Made by a program: the position numbers and the translations under genes. A stretch of DNA of 64,000 bases from an uncultured Gammaproteobacteria bacterium (GTDB lineage: Bacteria > Patescibacteriota > Patescibacteriia > Magasanikbacterales > UBA922), in contig CAYUTO010000002.1 of NCBI GenBank assembly GCA_964447765.1, positions 148,316 through 212,315 on the forward strand. The letters are read 5' to 3'. This document shows, one piece after another, positions 63,941-64,000 of the stretch (positions are counted from its first letter, which is position 1; each line of letters opens with the position of its first letter). Under the pieces are notes generated by a model. That model was given only the letters and a program-made list of their open reading frames with translations, had not been told where the DNA came from and did not search any database.

Positions 63941-64000
63941 ATGATAAAAGAAACTCCCATCTTTGAAAAAAAGAATGTGCTAATAACAGGTGGCGCAGGC
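63941..64000 (+). CDS. 5' end of an SDR-family sugar-nucleotide dehydratase/epimerase (truncated by the window edge).
   Basis: MIKETPIFEKKNVLITGGAG is a Rossmann GxxGxxG start, as in CapD/PseB-type 4,6-dehydratases. Only 20 codons are visible. Confidence 0.4.
   Translation, partial: MIKETPIFEKKNVLITGGAG

Noticed and set aside
1-64000. CRISPR arrays, tRNA/rRNA genes, transposases or integrases
   Set aside because: No regularly spaced direct repeats were found. No cloverleaf-compatible segments were seen in the intergenic regions inspected (21755-22140, 19642-19894, 8206-8489). No ORF has transposase or integrase motifs. The only recombinase-like feature is the small excisionase-type HTH protein, interpreted as a regulator.

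Overview
This is an AT-rich (~38-40% GC), gene-dense bacterial chromosomal segment with almost all genes on the + strand. Gene content is reminiscent of small-genome, envelope-glycosylating bacteria (possibly Patescibacteria/CPR-like), but that is inference only.

Three blocks.

(1) 1-8440. Four tandem genes have strikingly high GC (445-1782, 2165-3157, 3613-5442, 5935-8205). A fifth, intermediate-GC member lies on the minus strand (17937-19091). All encode lipobox-bearing secreted lipoproteins built from eukaryote-extracellular-matrix-like repeats: collagen G-X-Y tracts, thrombospondin type-1-like and type-3 calcium-binding repeats, and Cys-rich CxDxNxC repeats. All but the acidic lipoprotein 2165-3157 (C-terminus divergent) also share a ~110-aa C-terminal domain I do not recognise. 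Each gene has its own canonical sigma70-like promoter (TTGAC[ATC]-17-TA[TG][AG][TA]T), a long hairpin-rich 5' leader, and GC-rich stem-loops after the stop codon. Genes 3 and 4 are each followed by a near-identical ~200-bp five-hairpin element that ends in a bidirectional terminator.

(2) 8490-17794 and 25940-63931. A ~45-kb cell-envelope glycan island. It holds about 16 glycosyltransferases (GT2, GT4 and GT-C-like), two Wzy_C/O-antigen-ligase-like proteins (one fused to TPR repeats), a Wzx-like flippase and three SAM methyltransferases. It also holds an AsnB-type amidotransferase, a CDP-3,6-dideoxyhexose/branched-sugar module, and a UDP-xylose module (ugd plus a UDP-glucuronate decarboxylase). 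The branched-sugar module comprises rfbF, rfbG-like, an E1/rfbH 3-dehydrase, a YerE-like thiamine-pyrophosphate (TPP) enzyme and a DmpF/DmpG-like pair. The E1 gene has the exact C-X57-C-X1-C-X7-C iron-sulfur motif and HH in place of the PLP lysine. A convergent polyprenyl-phosphate sugar-phosphotransferase and a secreted S8 protease with a propeller domain close the window.

(3) 19225-25837. An excisionase-type helix-turn-helix (HTH) gene and an ECF-like sigma factor are divergently arranged, with repeated operator-like motifs between them. A putative anti-sigma factor and a 1205-aa secreted S-layer-like protein follow, ended by a strong terminator.

Other points. A pair of degenerate-NUDIX paralogs sits side by side with discordant GC (35552-36109 high, 36225-36848 low). 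I found no tRNA, rRNA, CRISPR array, transposase or integrase.
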